Assembly: GCF_006345805.1 (NCBI RefSeq)
Contig: NC_043001.1
Span: forward strand, 33,976,001 to 34,040,000
Direction of reading: 5' to 3'
Source of the DNA: Octopus sinensis
Taxonomy: Eukaryota
Length of the DNA stretch: 64,000 bases
Part shown: piece after piece, positions 26,239 to 36,760 of the stretch
Layout: each line of letters opens with the position of its first letter
Numbering within the stretch: the stretch's first letter is position 1
Position numbers and translations under genes: made by a program
Notes under the pieces: generated by a model
Database searches by the model: none
The model's input: only the letters and a program-made list of their open reading frames with translations
What the model was told of the DNA's origin: nothing

Positions 26239-26583
26239 TTGGGTTGTGCGGAAAGTTCATGCTGATTTATAGTAGCTTACATTTCGACTTATTTTAGAAC
26301 ATGGTTGAGTCCATAAAATAGGATTGGACTACACCTCCATTTAGAGCACAGTTTAAGCTATCTTTTTGTGGAAGGAGGTTTATGTTCCTATAACCTGTGT
26401 TAATTCTGTAACCCTTTAAAATGGAAGATAAGAAAGTTCATTTTCAGAACTTGATGCTTTGGGAACCAGAAAAAAATTGCTGCAGTTTGGCTGGGATGTG
26501 TTACCCCACCCTCCAAATGCACCAGATATTGCTCCTTCGGATTTCCACTTATCCAGGTCTCTGCAAAATAGTCTTAATGGCAA
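26239..26583 (+). mobile_element. Mariner deletion derivative, left part
   Basis: Same left TIR as 30213; GWDVLPHPPNAPDIAPSDFHL.RSLQNSLNG motif. Confidence 0.85.
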
Positions 26584-27007
26584 GTTAAACACAGGTGTTA
26601 TTCAAATTCTTTTACTTCAGACACATGTTTCGAAGATATCACTGGTATTATTCCAAAGGAATAAAATGGTGTGAAACAATGTAATCTTCTCTTCAGGGAA
26701 GTGAAGAAATGAAACTCATTAATAAAAATATTTTAACAGAAAATGATGGATATGTATAGTGATTAACTGAACGCTATTAAGATTGTTTCAAAAAAACGTT
26801 TCAATGCCTCCTTAGAACTTCCCCCCCCCCACGGGGGCAATACCACCCACTTTGGGAACCCCTGAGTTACAGCATTATAGCCTAAAACAGGGAAATATAT
26901 AGTTGCCAAAAGGTTTTTATTTATCTTGGACTATGTTGTCAAATGTTTCCTTAGTACTTTTAAGACAGTTTGTGTTATTTGAGGGAGATGTGACTGTTTT
27001 TTCTTTT

Positions 27008-27039
<32 letters not shown>

Positions 27040-27386
27040 TTAATGCTCGTTTTCCATACTGGCATGGGTTGAATGTTTTCACCAGAGATGTTCAGGCTCC
27101 AGTTGTCTGTTCTGGCATGGTTTCTATAGTTGGATGCCCTTTCTAATGCCAACCACTTTACAGTGTATATTAGGTGCTTTTTACATGCCACTAGCATGAG
27201 TGAATCTACATGGCCCTGGCATGAGTGCATTTTACATGGTACCAGCACAAGTGCATTTACATGGCACTGGTATCTGCAAGACAAAACCTTTCGGCTGGGA
27301 GAGGAAGTCGGAGCGTAGATGGATAATTATGTATTTGCATGGCTGAGTCCAATTTGCTCGCTTGCCCTCTGTTTCACTGCTTTCAG

Positions 27387-28472
27387 ATATCTACACTCTT
27401 AAGACATCAAGATATTAGTGTTTAGCAGACAGAGGTTTGTAAATGACAGCTACATTTTCGCCTCCTAACTTAATTGGAGGGGAAATGAAATATTGCTATG
27501 CTAGCTCTCTTGAATGGGACTCCGTTCAGTTACAGCTGTGGTTCCCAAACCTTTTCGGGTCGCCGGCCTCTTGATACCCAGGTCACATTCCTAGCGCCCC
27601 CACCCCAATTAACCATCATAAACATATACCTCTTTCTCAAGCAAATTTAGCACGGAGTTTTGTCAATGAACAGGTCGCGGTCTCAAAGCGACGAAAATAT
27701 TTTGAGAAATTAAATTTAAATGTTGAAGTGAATCTAACGGTTTTTGTGTGTTTCTTAAATGGCTTATAAACACCTTCCTCGCTGCAATTGTTTTCGTTCC
27801 AGCACACGATCTCAGATCAGGTCACTTGCTATGCAAGTACATCTCCGTAATTCAGAGAAACTGTATATCACAAATAAAACTTAACCTAACGAACCCATTA
27901 TTTTGTTGTGTTTACAGGAATCGCTACCCCCTTATCGCCCCACCTTTTACATGAATCACTCACCCATTATCGCCCTAGTCTTCCTCAATGCCTCCTTGGA
28001 ACTTTCCACCGCCCCCACGGGAGCAATACCACCCACTTTGGGAACCACTGAGTTACAGCATCATAGCCCTAAAACAGGCAAATATAAAGTAATATGCTGT
28101 GTCAAGACAGAGAATTCATATATTGATAGCTTCCACATGAAGATAATCAAAGTTGTTCCCCTTGAAGGTGAGACTCCTTTAGCGGCTGTTTTGTAGTAAA
28201 CGATGTTTGCTTTATTTTAATACATTTTCTTTTTATAGGTTTATCTGAGATGTCTTTGCCGAAAAATAAACTACTACTCTTAATTCATTCCGAAAGAGTT
28301 ATTCCCACGGTTGTTATTTCCCAACCATGACTCGTGGAACAGATCTTTTATCAAAGACAATGGGACCTTGATGATGCCGTGTTTTCATGTATCTCGGACC
28401 GTTGTCAATTGTTTCCTTAGTACTTTTAAGACAACTTGTATTATTTGCGGAAGATGTGACTGTTTTTTCTTT
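27387..28472 (+). pseudogene. Unidentified decayed coding exons on the plus strand, interrupted by a hAT MITE
   Basis: Acceptor before 27387. Removing the MITE plus one TSD restores 67 open codons (MTATFSPPNL...VQLQ|HHSPKTGK...VVPLE) to a GTGAGA donor at 28168. A 71-nt intron follows, then an in-phase exon from 28239 with scattered stops. Confidence 0.4.
27536..28050. mobile_element. hAT-type MITE with 8-bp TSD AGTTACAG
   Basis: C(T/A)GTGGTTCCCAAA ... TTTGGGAACCACTG TIRs; AGTTACAG at 27528..27535 and 28051..28058. Confidence 0.85.
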
Positions 28473-28856
28473 AGACATCAGTAAAATATATTGTCCTTCT
28501 TAGGAAAATTTATCTGACGCTTTTTGTTTTCTTTTCCAAAATATGAATTAATTTTAATTAAAAAATTGGGAATTAATAACATTCTTTATCATGATATAGT
28601 TGTTTATAGCATGTCTAATCGTTTGTTTCTTCGTAATTGTAAAAATAGGAACATGAAGGAATCATGCAACCAGCTTGATAACTGGATGATATCTTAAAAT
28701 GATTTTATTTGTAGCAGTCATAACTTAATAGAATGGACGTTTATTTTCGTTCTGAAAGCAAATTCTATTGTCGTCGATTTTAGATTCCATCATCTTTCAG
28801 TTTCCATATACCAGCCAAAGCTATAGTAAAAGACACTTGTCCAAGGTCTTATACCG

Positions 28857-29237
28857 TGGAGGCGCAATGGCCCAGTGGTTAGGGCAGCGGACTCGTGGTC
28901 GTAGGATCGCGGTTTCGATTTCCAGACCGGGCGTTGTGAGTGTTTATCGAGCGAAAACACCTAAAGCTCCACGAGGCTCCGGCAGTGGATGGTGGTGATC
29001 CCTGCTGTACTCTTTCACCACAACTTTCTCTCACTCTTACTTCCTGTTTCTGTTGTACCTGTATTTCAAAGGGCCGGCCTTGTCACTATCTGTGTCACGC
29101 TGAATATCTCCGAGAATTACGTTAAGGGTACACGTGTCTGTGGAGTGCTCAGCCACTTACACGTTAATTTCACGAGCAGGCTGTTCCGTTGATCGGATCA
29201 ACCGGAACCCTCGTCGTTGTAACCGACGGAGTGCTTC
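28857..29237 (+). mobile_element. tRNA-derived SINE family B (GGAGGCGCAATGGCCCAGTGGTTAGG head). Other copies at 23620-24000(-), 16057-16370, 7430-7640(-), 40140-40430(-)
   Basis: TGGCCCAGTGG A-box, GTTTCGATTCC B-box; multiple copies. Confidence 0.85.
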
Positions 29238-29470
29238 ATACTGTAGGACTGTACTTGCAACCATATGGTTGCAAAACAAACCTCTTAATCATGCAACAAT
29301 TCTTGGGTTTCTAATTTAATTTCTAAAAATTTGCATGCTTAGGGAAAAATCTGATGTTTTTTTTTATTACACCCACCCCTACCAACCATGTAAATTAATT
29401 CTGAAAGATCAATTTTTAATTCATTGTGATTATCTCCCACTTTTCTTTCAGAGTAACTGACAATTCTCAC

Positions 29471-29622
29471 CAGGTTTTTATTGTTTTCTTTCTCCAAATA
29501 AAAGACAAATTTGAATTTAATGAGAATGTTTTCGCATTTGCTAATCCTTAAATAACTTCTTGACATAATATTTAAATATGTGGAAGTTATTGGCTCACTT
29601 GGGTTAATTGGAACATTAATTA
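29471..29622 (-). pseudogene. CATSPERB-like exon, open, phase 1 to 0 (INVPINPSEPITSTYLNIMSRSYLRISKCENILIKFKFVFYLEKENNKNL)
   Basis: TCTTTTCTCACAACAG acceptor, GTGAGA donor; NP...SY..IS as in VGNPNLL...DSYVITIS. Confidence 0.6.
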
Positions 29623-30212
29623 CTGTTGTGAGAAAAGACATTAATGTAAAACAGCATAGAAATTTGAAAAAAAAATCATTAATTTTAACTTCATACAAAA
29701 AATGCTTTTGGACAGATAAAAGCAAACATGAGAATATTTTAAACAAGCAGGAGTGGCTGTGTGGTAAGTAGCTTGCTTACCAACCACATGGTTTTGGGTT
29801 CAGCCCCACTGCGTTGCACCTTGGGCAAGTGTCTTCTGCTATAGCTTCAGGCCAACCAAAGCCTTGTGAGTGGATTTGGTAGACGGAAACTGAAAGAAGC
29901 CCGTTGTATATATGTATATGTATATATATGTGTGTATGTGGTTGTGTGTCTGTGTTTGTCCTCCCAACATTGCTTGACAACCAATACTGGTGTGTTTACA
30001 TCCCCGTAACTTAGCAGTTTGGCAAAAGAGACCGATAGAATAAATACTAGGCTTGCAAAGAATAAGTCCTGGGGTCGATTTGCTTGACTAAAAGCAGTGC
30101 TCCAGCATGGCCGCAGTCAAATGACTGAAACAAGTAAAAGAGTAAAGCAGCAAGGTTGTTTTATATCCCCATAAAACTAATAAAGAAGGTAAAATATTAA
30201 GTTGGGTAAGTA

Positions 30213-30701
30213 TTGGACTGCCTGGAAAGTTCGTGCTGATTTATAGTAGCTTACCTTTCGACTTATATTAGAACATGGTTGAGTCCATAAAATAGGATTT
30301 GACTACACATCCATTTAGAGCACAGTTTAAGCTATCTTTTCATGGAAGAAGGTTTATATTCTTATAACCTGTGTTAATTCTGTAACCCTTTAAAATGGAA
30401 GATAAGAAAGTTCATTTTTGGCACTTGATGCTTTGGGAACCAGAAAAAAATTGCTGCAGTTCAGCTAGTCTTAATGGTAAAAATTTCAATTCCTTGGATG
30501 ATGTAAAAAGATACCTTGATGAATTCTTTGCCATGAAACCACCTCACTTCTGAGAAGAGGGTATTTTCAAGTTAAAGGAAAGATGGAGACACATTGTGCA
30601 ACAAAATGGTTCCTATTTGGTTGATTAAAAATATAATGGAAAGTATTTGTGAACCTTTTTCTTTCCTTTAAAAATCAGCATGGACTTTCCGGACAGCCCA
30701 A
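30213..30701 (+). mobile_element. Mariner deletion derivative with TIRs and TA TSD
   Basis: TTGG.TG.C.GAAAGT(T/C)C.TGCTGATTT TIR at both ends; transposase C-terminal remnant (FNSLDDVKRYLDEFFA). Confidence 0.85.
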
Positions 30702-30786
30702 TATTTGTTCAAGTCGGTTTATTGAATTCCCCCAGTTGAGTATTCATTCATAGTTATTTGAAGCTATTTTAACTCTGGACCCCTTA

Positions 30787-31087
30787 TTCATCATCATCAT
30801 CATCATCATTGTTCGATCGTGGTCGAGACAGTGGAATTTACCATGCTACTCCAGACTTCACGGTCCATCATGGCATTACGGAGGTCCTGTTGCTGGATGC
30901 CTGTATCCCTGGAGATTACATCAGGGTAGGAGAGTGTGCGCCCTCTGGTATTGCGAGCAGATGGCTTCCAGAGGAGAAGAGTAGAAATTACTTCTTTTTC
31001 AGCTCTACAACAATGTCCAGCAAACTGGATTCTCCTACCTTTCACAAGAGATGACACAGGTGGTAGTTTCCCATATATTTGCATCAA
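30787..31087 (-). mobile_element. RTE-type LINE 3' fragment
   Basis: RRIQFAGHCCRA...LLLWKPS..RGRTLSYPDVI.RDTG...AMMDREVW; (TGA)n tail. Confidence 0.8.
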
Positions 31088-32129
31088 ACTGCTAATGCTG
31101 TTAAATTGTATAGAATATGTAGCTATTGGGTTGAATCACATAAAATGGTGAATATGCAAAATTTGCAATGTTACATCATGAAAAAAAAAATAGAAAAAAA
31201 GAAATTCTTTGTCTCTCCCTTCTTTTATAATGTATTTGACTTCTTGTAACTTCTTGCTTTCAAACTCACAGTGATGGGCCATGGATTAATTTTCAAACTT
31301 ATGGTATTAGGGCATGAATCAGTTTTCAAATTCACAATACTCAGGCAGTGGTTAATCTTTAAATTTGTCAATGTTGTAGCTATTTGCACTTATTGTAGGA
31401 AACAGCTGCACTTGTAGGAACCAGGAAGACTTGTAGAAACTAATTACTCACGTAGATGCTAGCTGCACTTGTTATGGAAGCCATATATTGTTTATGCACT
31501 TTAGGGCACGTAACAAACACCATCCAAGCGTGGCCGTTCGCCAGCCTCGTCTGGCACCTGTGTTGGTGGCACATAAAAACACCATCCGAGCGTGGCCGTC
31601 TGCCAGCCTCGTCTGGCACCTGTGTTGGTGGCACATAAAAACACCATCCGAGCGTGGCCGTCTGCCAGCCTCGCCTGGCACCTGTGTCAGTGGCACATAA
31701 AATCACCCACTACACTCTCAGAGTGGTTGGCGTTAGGAAGGGCATCCAGCTGTAGAAACACTGCCAGATCTGACTGGCCTGGTGCAGCCTTCGAGCTTGC
31801 CAGACCCCAGTTGAACCGTCCAACCCATGCTAGCATGGAAAGCGGACGTTAAACGATGATGATGATGATGATGATGATTACTCCAAACAGTCCTCAAAAT
31901 TTTGCCCAGAAAATGATGTATAGATTTCTCACAGAATAATTTCTGATTTTCTGATTAATATTTAAAGTGGTGGTACGTTGTCAACTTAATGTGACAGTCC
32001 CATGAAAGGGAATAATACTACTGCTATTAGCCCTAGGAAGCACCGCTTCCTGTCGGCCTCGACATATTTCCTGTGTCCTGATGTTTACAAAGGGGGAGAT
32101 AAGCACCTCCACCCAGCAATGCCAGCTTG

Positions 32130-32168
32130 CAGAGACTAGTTTCTGAGTCATCGCTCATCATCATTCTG
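32130..32168 (-). ncRNA. Minimal type I hammerhead ribozyme motif, C3A variant
   Basis: CAGA-aUGAUGA-UGAG-cgauga-CUCA-GAAA-CUAGUC-UCUG, with palindromic ACUAGU stem III and a GUC site. Confidence 0.6.
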
Positions 32169-32205
32169 GAGTAGCATGGCTTGCTAGCTGTCGATGCCTA
32201 TCTAC

Positions 32206-32348
32206 CTCTGTAAACATACAATAATTCGAGAGATTTAGAAATGTATTATTTCTACTGATTAATATTTGCTTGTGAGAAAACCAATTTTCCTTAAAATATT
32301 CTGGATATAAAATTTTTCTCAGAGAAATATTTAGATGTATTAAAATAT
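32206..32348 (-). pseudogene. CATSPERB-like exon, open, phase 1 to 0 (DILIHLNISLRKILYPEYFKENWFSHKQILISRNNTFLNLSNYCMFTE)
   Basis: Strong acceptor, GTAGAT donor; FKENWF...RNNTF..SNYC resembles FLKSTWF...RNGRTW..SKPC. Confidence 0.65.
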
Positions 32349-33377
32349 CTTTTATACATAATGTGAAAGAATAACAAAGAGAAGAAAGAACCACTTTGGA
32401 ATTTCAGAAATGATCTGCCTTATAAATGTATACTACAATAAATGAATGAATGTGTGTATAAGTATCAGAATATATTTATGCCAATTATAGTTATGCTCAA
32501 TGAAACAAACATAGAAGATATATTAACTCTTAATCCTATTTTTATTTTCTATTTCTTAAGTGAATTGGATTATAGAATGTTTGCTTAAATGTATCTTATT
32601 CTAAATCTCTTTGTATGTACATATTTTCATAGAAATCTTATGTTTATCTTTTAGAAATTTCTCTAATGTATACTGTAAATCCTCGAGAGTATAATCCGCA
32701 TTTTTTCCTCAAAATTTAAAGGTCAAAACCCCTAGTGCGTACTATATACGAGGTTAAAAATGAAAATTATTTTCTAAGCAATGTCCGAGTCTCTATTTGC
32801 TGTCCGGCAATGTTTATTCAGATAAATTTTGTGATGTCGGGCACGAAAATACCTCAAGCTAAGCCTGAAAGCAATGAAATCATAAAAGAATCATCCATAA
32901 CTTGCAGTAAGCAACATTTATTAAAATAAAAGTACTCAGAACACAGAATAACATGTAAGAAAAACAATTTGTAAACATATTTACATTCCCATATAACAGT
33001 TAAGAACATACCCATTATTTTATTATGCATGCGCAGAAGTGTTTGATCGACTAGGTGCTGCTGGCTTAATTATGCACGACTCAAGTTAGAGAAGGGGTGC
33101 GTATTATACACAAGGTTTAGGTTTTTCAGAAGTACAACCCCCTAAAAATGCCCTGCATATTATACTCAAGGGCGGGCTATACATGTATTCACTGACATCT
33201 TATCATCACTGTTTTTATCTCTGTTTCAACCTCCACTCCAATTATTTCCACTCTCCCTTATATAATGCATGGTAGCCATGTATCTTCTCTACAATAAGAA
33301 ATTGCTCTTATCCCTTCTTTCATACTTTAACTGCTCAATCCCTCTCTACTATACTCCAAATCTTTTTTAAGTTTTAC

Positions 33378-33448
33378 CCATATCTTTTTAAAAGGGATAC
33401 ATTAGTCCTGAATGTAATATAGCAGCAAAGAAGACAATATGGTCACAA
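33378..33448 (-). pseudogene. CATSPERB-like exon, phase 2 to 1 (CDHIVFFAAILHSGLMYPF*KDM)
   Basis: Long polypyrimidine acceptor, GTAAAA donor, phase-compatible with the 34118 exon; F-x10-PF spacing as in FLSSVIAEMKEPF; TAA at 33390..33388. Confidence 0.6.
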
Positions 33449-33514
33449 CTTGAATACAGATTCAATGATGGAAAAAAAAAAGCAACAAACAAAAATATGT
33501 ATTCCAACTTGTAG

Positions 33515-33779
33515 ACAATGTATGAACGTCATGACTGTGTTTGAAACAAACTTTAAAACATTTAATAGACCTTTCCAAAATGCTCACAGTAATACAGTTA
33601 AACAACACCACATTTCACAAACAGAAACACTGACAATAACTGCATACAATGTATGAAAGTCATGACTGTTTGAAACAAACTTTAAAACATTTAATAGACC
33701 TTTCCAAAATGCTCACAGTAATACAGTTAAACAACACCACATTTCACAAACAGAAACACTGACAATAACTGCATACAAT
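33515..33779. repeat. Near-identical tandem duplication, ~130-bp unit x2
   Basis: Units start at 33515 and 33646. Confidence 0.9.
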
Positions 33780-34117
33780 AAAAACGGAAATAACTTCTAT
33801 TTGGTTATATACTATTCTATGGCGGTGAGCTGGCAGACACGTTAGCGCGCCAGGCAAAATGCATAGCCATATTTCATCTGCCGTTACGTTCTGAGTTCAA
33901 ATTCTGCCGAGGTCAACTTTGTCTTTCATCCTTTTGGGGTCGATAAATAAAGTACCAGTTTTGCACTTGGGTCGATGTAATCGACTTAATCCCTTTGTCT
34001 GTCCTTGTTTGTCCCCTCTATGTTTAGCCCCTTGTGGGCAGTAAATAAATATATATACTTCTATTCTTATCACCTCTTTAGCAAACAATGGCAGTTACAG
34101 AGTTCTATCTTTCTTAC

Positions 34118-34256
34118 TGAAATCTTAATACTTGCTGGATTTACTTTGAGGACTCTCGATTCAAGGTTTTGCTTCCAAGTTTGGAAAATTTCTTCTCTAA
34201 ATTTTTGACAGATTCAATAAAGAACTAGGTCTCTGTCTCATATATTAAATCCCATC
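34118..34256 (-). pseudogene. CATSPERB-like exon (MGFN... / FFIESVKNLEKKFSKLGSKTLNRESSK*IQQVLRF)
   Basis: GTAAGA donor; resembles DMGFE...IIFF...KKFGNIHYGK...YIRKVLQH; TAA at 34143..34141 plus a probable frameshift. Confidence 0.55.
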
Positions 34257-34519
34257 CTTATACAATTAAATTTTAGTTAATTTTTTTGCACTCAGCCCAA
34301 TTGAAATTAGACAACACTTCAAATATTATATCTTTTGGTTTGGTGGTGTGTTATCATTAGTAAATATAAAATCAAATGTAAAATATTTTGTTTCATACTC
34401 ATTTGCATTTGAGTGAATAGTAAATTAAATTTAAAGCCAAATATTATCTGCCTTTTAACTCAGTTTAATGATTTTTTATTCTTGAAAGAAAAAGAAATTA
34501 GAAAGTGTGATATTCATAC

Positions 34520-34716
34520 TTCCTTTCTAAGTATATAAAAAAATTGAAGTCAATAAGAAGCTGTAAAGAGCTTCTTTCTGAGAATTAAATCAAACCACTG
34601 AACTAGTTCACCGAAAATTTATTTACTATTTTGTTATGGTGTAAGACGAGAAGGAAGGTAATGACTTTGCAGGTTCCAAGACTGGTATAGTGGAGAAGAG
34701 GAGACTATGACATATT
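34520..34716 (-). pseudogene. CATSPERB-like exon, heavily decayed (ICHSLLFSTIPVLEPAKSLPSF...FNSQKEALYSF...IFLYT*KG)
   Basis: CTGTAG acceptor, GTATGA donor; ST..EP..S.P.F and F.....LY match the recalled STLRNNEPNSQSKFPIF and FHPRSHFLYAY; 5 in-frame stops. Confidence 0.55.
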
Positions 34717-35010
34717 CTACAGCAATAAGAAGCAGTTTATCAAGATTTCAAATTATTATTTAATTGGAGCCAACCTTGCCAAATACACCCTTTGGCTAGC
34801 TATTGATGTTAAATCAAGTAATTGATTAGATGTATGCCAAATTATGCACTTTGTTCTTTTCTCAGGAAAAATTTGCATTGTAAGCAATATGCATATTAAA
34901 TTGTTAAGTTAAATTCCCTCTATTAGGTATTGAGGTCATGCTGCATTTTGCTAGCTCATCACTATTTCATGACTCTTGTTTAAAGAAGAAAAATGAAAAT
35001 TATTTCTTAC

Positions 35011-35107
35011 ATTTGTACAATGCCAATAAATTAGTATGAGGTCAGCGTTAATTGAAACAATCACAGTAACATATTTGGTGTTAATTTATTGATCCAGATA
35101 GAAGAAC
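35011..35107 (-). pseudogene. CATSPERB-like exon with frameshift (GSSIWINK / TKYVTVIVSINADL)
   Basis: TATAG acceptor, GTAAGA donor; resembles GKLWYNER...DYVTVTFERNRTL. Confidence 0.55.
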
Positions 35108-36126
35108 CTATAATGCAAATTTATTTTAGTTGTGTTTGATTTGATTATATTCTGTATATAATAATTTCGTTATTTTTATTCTTATTCTCCATACATCTTA
35201 ATCTTCTTTCATCTCATCTAACCTCTTTTTTTTCCAAGTCTTTACTACTCTGTTGTCATCAAACCACATAATCTTAGGCATCAATTCATGAAACATCTTT
35301 TTGTAACCAGAATTTAACAACTATTCATTTCTGTGTGCCTCAAACAAAACCTTTGATCAATTTACTTAGCAGGAGTGGCTGTGTAGTAGATAGCTTGCTT
35401 ACCAGCCACATGGTTCCGGGTTCAGTCCCACTGCGTGGCACCTTGGGCAAGTGTCTTCTACTATAGCCTCAGACCAACCAAAGCCTTGTGAGTGGATTTG
35501 GTAGACGGAAACTGAAAGAAGCCCGTCGTATATATGTATATATATGTGTGTGTTTGTGTGTCTGTGTTTGTCCCTCCAACATCGTTTGACAACTGATGCT
35601 GGTGTGTTTACGTCCCTGTAACTTAGCGGTTCGGCAAAAGAGACCGATAGAATAAGTACTAGGCTTACAAAGTATAAGTCCTGGTGGTCGATTTCCTCGA
35701 TTAAAGGTGGTGCTCTAGCATGGCCACAGTCAAATGACTGAAACAAGTAAAAGAATAATGTTGTTTGTGCATCTGGAACAATTGCTCCCAGGCAGTGCAC
35801 CATAACTCATTAGTGAGCCTTCAAAATAATGAAATTATATTTTAAAAGTTTGAAAAGCACAAACTGAAATTCTAAATAATATAAAATTTCAATATTATAC
35901 ATAATATATCAGTAAATATGTCAACCAAACTAAACTCAGAAAGGTTTAAATTATTTCACTGATTGGTCCAAAAACCTGCAATTACCTTCTGTTAATGCAT
36001 TTTTAATGTTATGTTGAAATTATGCCAAAATCTCTTTATTTTTTTCTAAAGTGAACCACAAGTACAAAAAAAAAAAACGAAAAAATAAAATTCAAACGAG
36101 AACCAATGATCTAGTCTCATAATCAC

Positions 36127-36260
36127 TTATTATTTTAATTGAATTAAATTTATGTTCCAAATATTTAGATGCAACTGACTTTGAAGCATTACACTTATCA
36201 TTCACCATTTGCACAATGTGGATCTCGTACATGGAGAAAAAGACTTTGTTGTTGTCATAG
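36127..36260 (-). pseudogene. CATSPERB-like exon (VFFSMYEIHIVQMVNDKCNASKSVASKYLEHKFNSIKII); 5' end runs into a repeat
   Basis: At least 40 open codons; H-[IV]-V-x-[ML]-xxx-K-C-xxxxx-V-A spacing identical to recalled HVVDLKVTKCPCANDVA; GTGATT donor. Confidence 0.6.
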
Positions 36261-36384
36261 TTTAACCTCAGATCAACTCTGATCCAGCAAACCTATGACC
36301 AAAGACGTTCCACTTGTCACCATTCCATCTTTATTTCTCAACATAGTGTATCTAAGACTAAATTATTCAATTTGTTCTTCCATT

Positions 36385-36760
36385 TTAATAATAATAATAA
36401 TAATGAAATTATTGTATACAGTGCTCAGGTGCACCACAACTTGTCAAAAGTGCATATAAAGCGTATGCAGTAATGTATAAATGTCTGGAAAGTGAACAGT
36501 GTATGAGTCAGATACATGCTTGCGTGTGTATGGAGGGGACAAAATCAGGTGTAGTGTTGGCGAACTCAGGAAGCATGGAAGTTTTGAAGGCTGCAGTGCT
36601 CCGACAACTAACAACCGATGCCGGCAGTTTGTTCCATGCTTCAGCAACTCTTAGTGTGAAAGAATGTTTCCAAAAGTCATGGGAGCTGTGCTGTTTTCTG
36701 ACTTTGTAAACATGTCCACAGGTGTTAGACAGATGGAGTTTAAGACAGTAGGGCATGGAT
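36385..36760 (-). mobile_element. CR1-type LINE 3' end (shorter copy at 16905..17170)
   Basis: GHVYKVRKQHS..DFWKHSFTLRVAEAWNKLPASVV...FK; (TTA)n tail. Confidence 0.8.

Noticed and set aside
27417-27440. *CLADRG resembling TPMT KWFADRG (a TPMT paralogue?)
   Set aside because: The surrounding sequence shows no TPMT motifs; a short coincidental match.
28857-28935. tRNA-like sequences with A/B boxes (also at 13729, 16057, 23925 and others)
   Set aside because: SINE heads continuing into repeat bodies; no complete cloverleaf.
29339-29746. 135-aa minus-strand ORF as a standalone gene
   Set aside because: Better explained as the 152-nt internal exon 29471..29622 with chance-open flanks.
31518-31703. 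Three 62-bp direct repeats resembling a CRISPR array
   Set aside because: No unique spacers; internal tandem expansion of SINE family E in a eukaryotic context.
31891-31951. Approximate 61-nt phase 0 to 1 segment (KLFCEKSIHHFLGKILRTVW) as the missing CATSPERB exon between 32206 and 29622
   Set aside because: Phase fits, but the acceptor lacks a pyrimidine tract and similarity is too weak to call.
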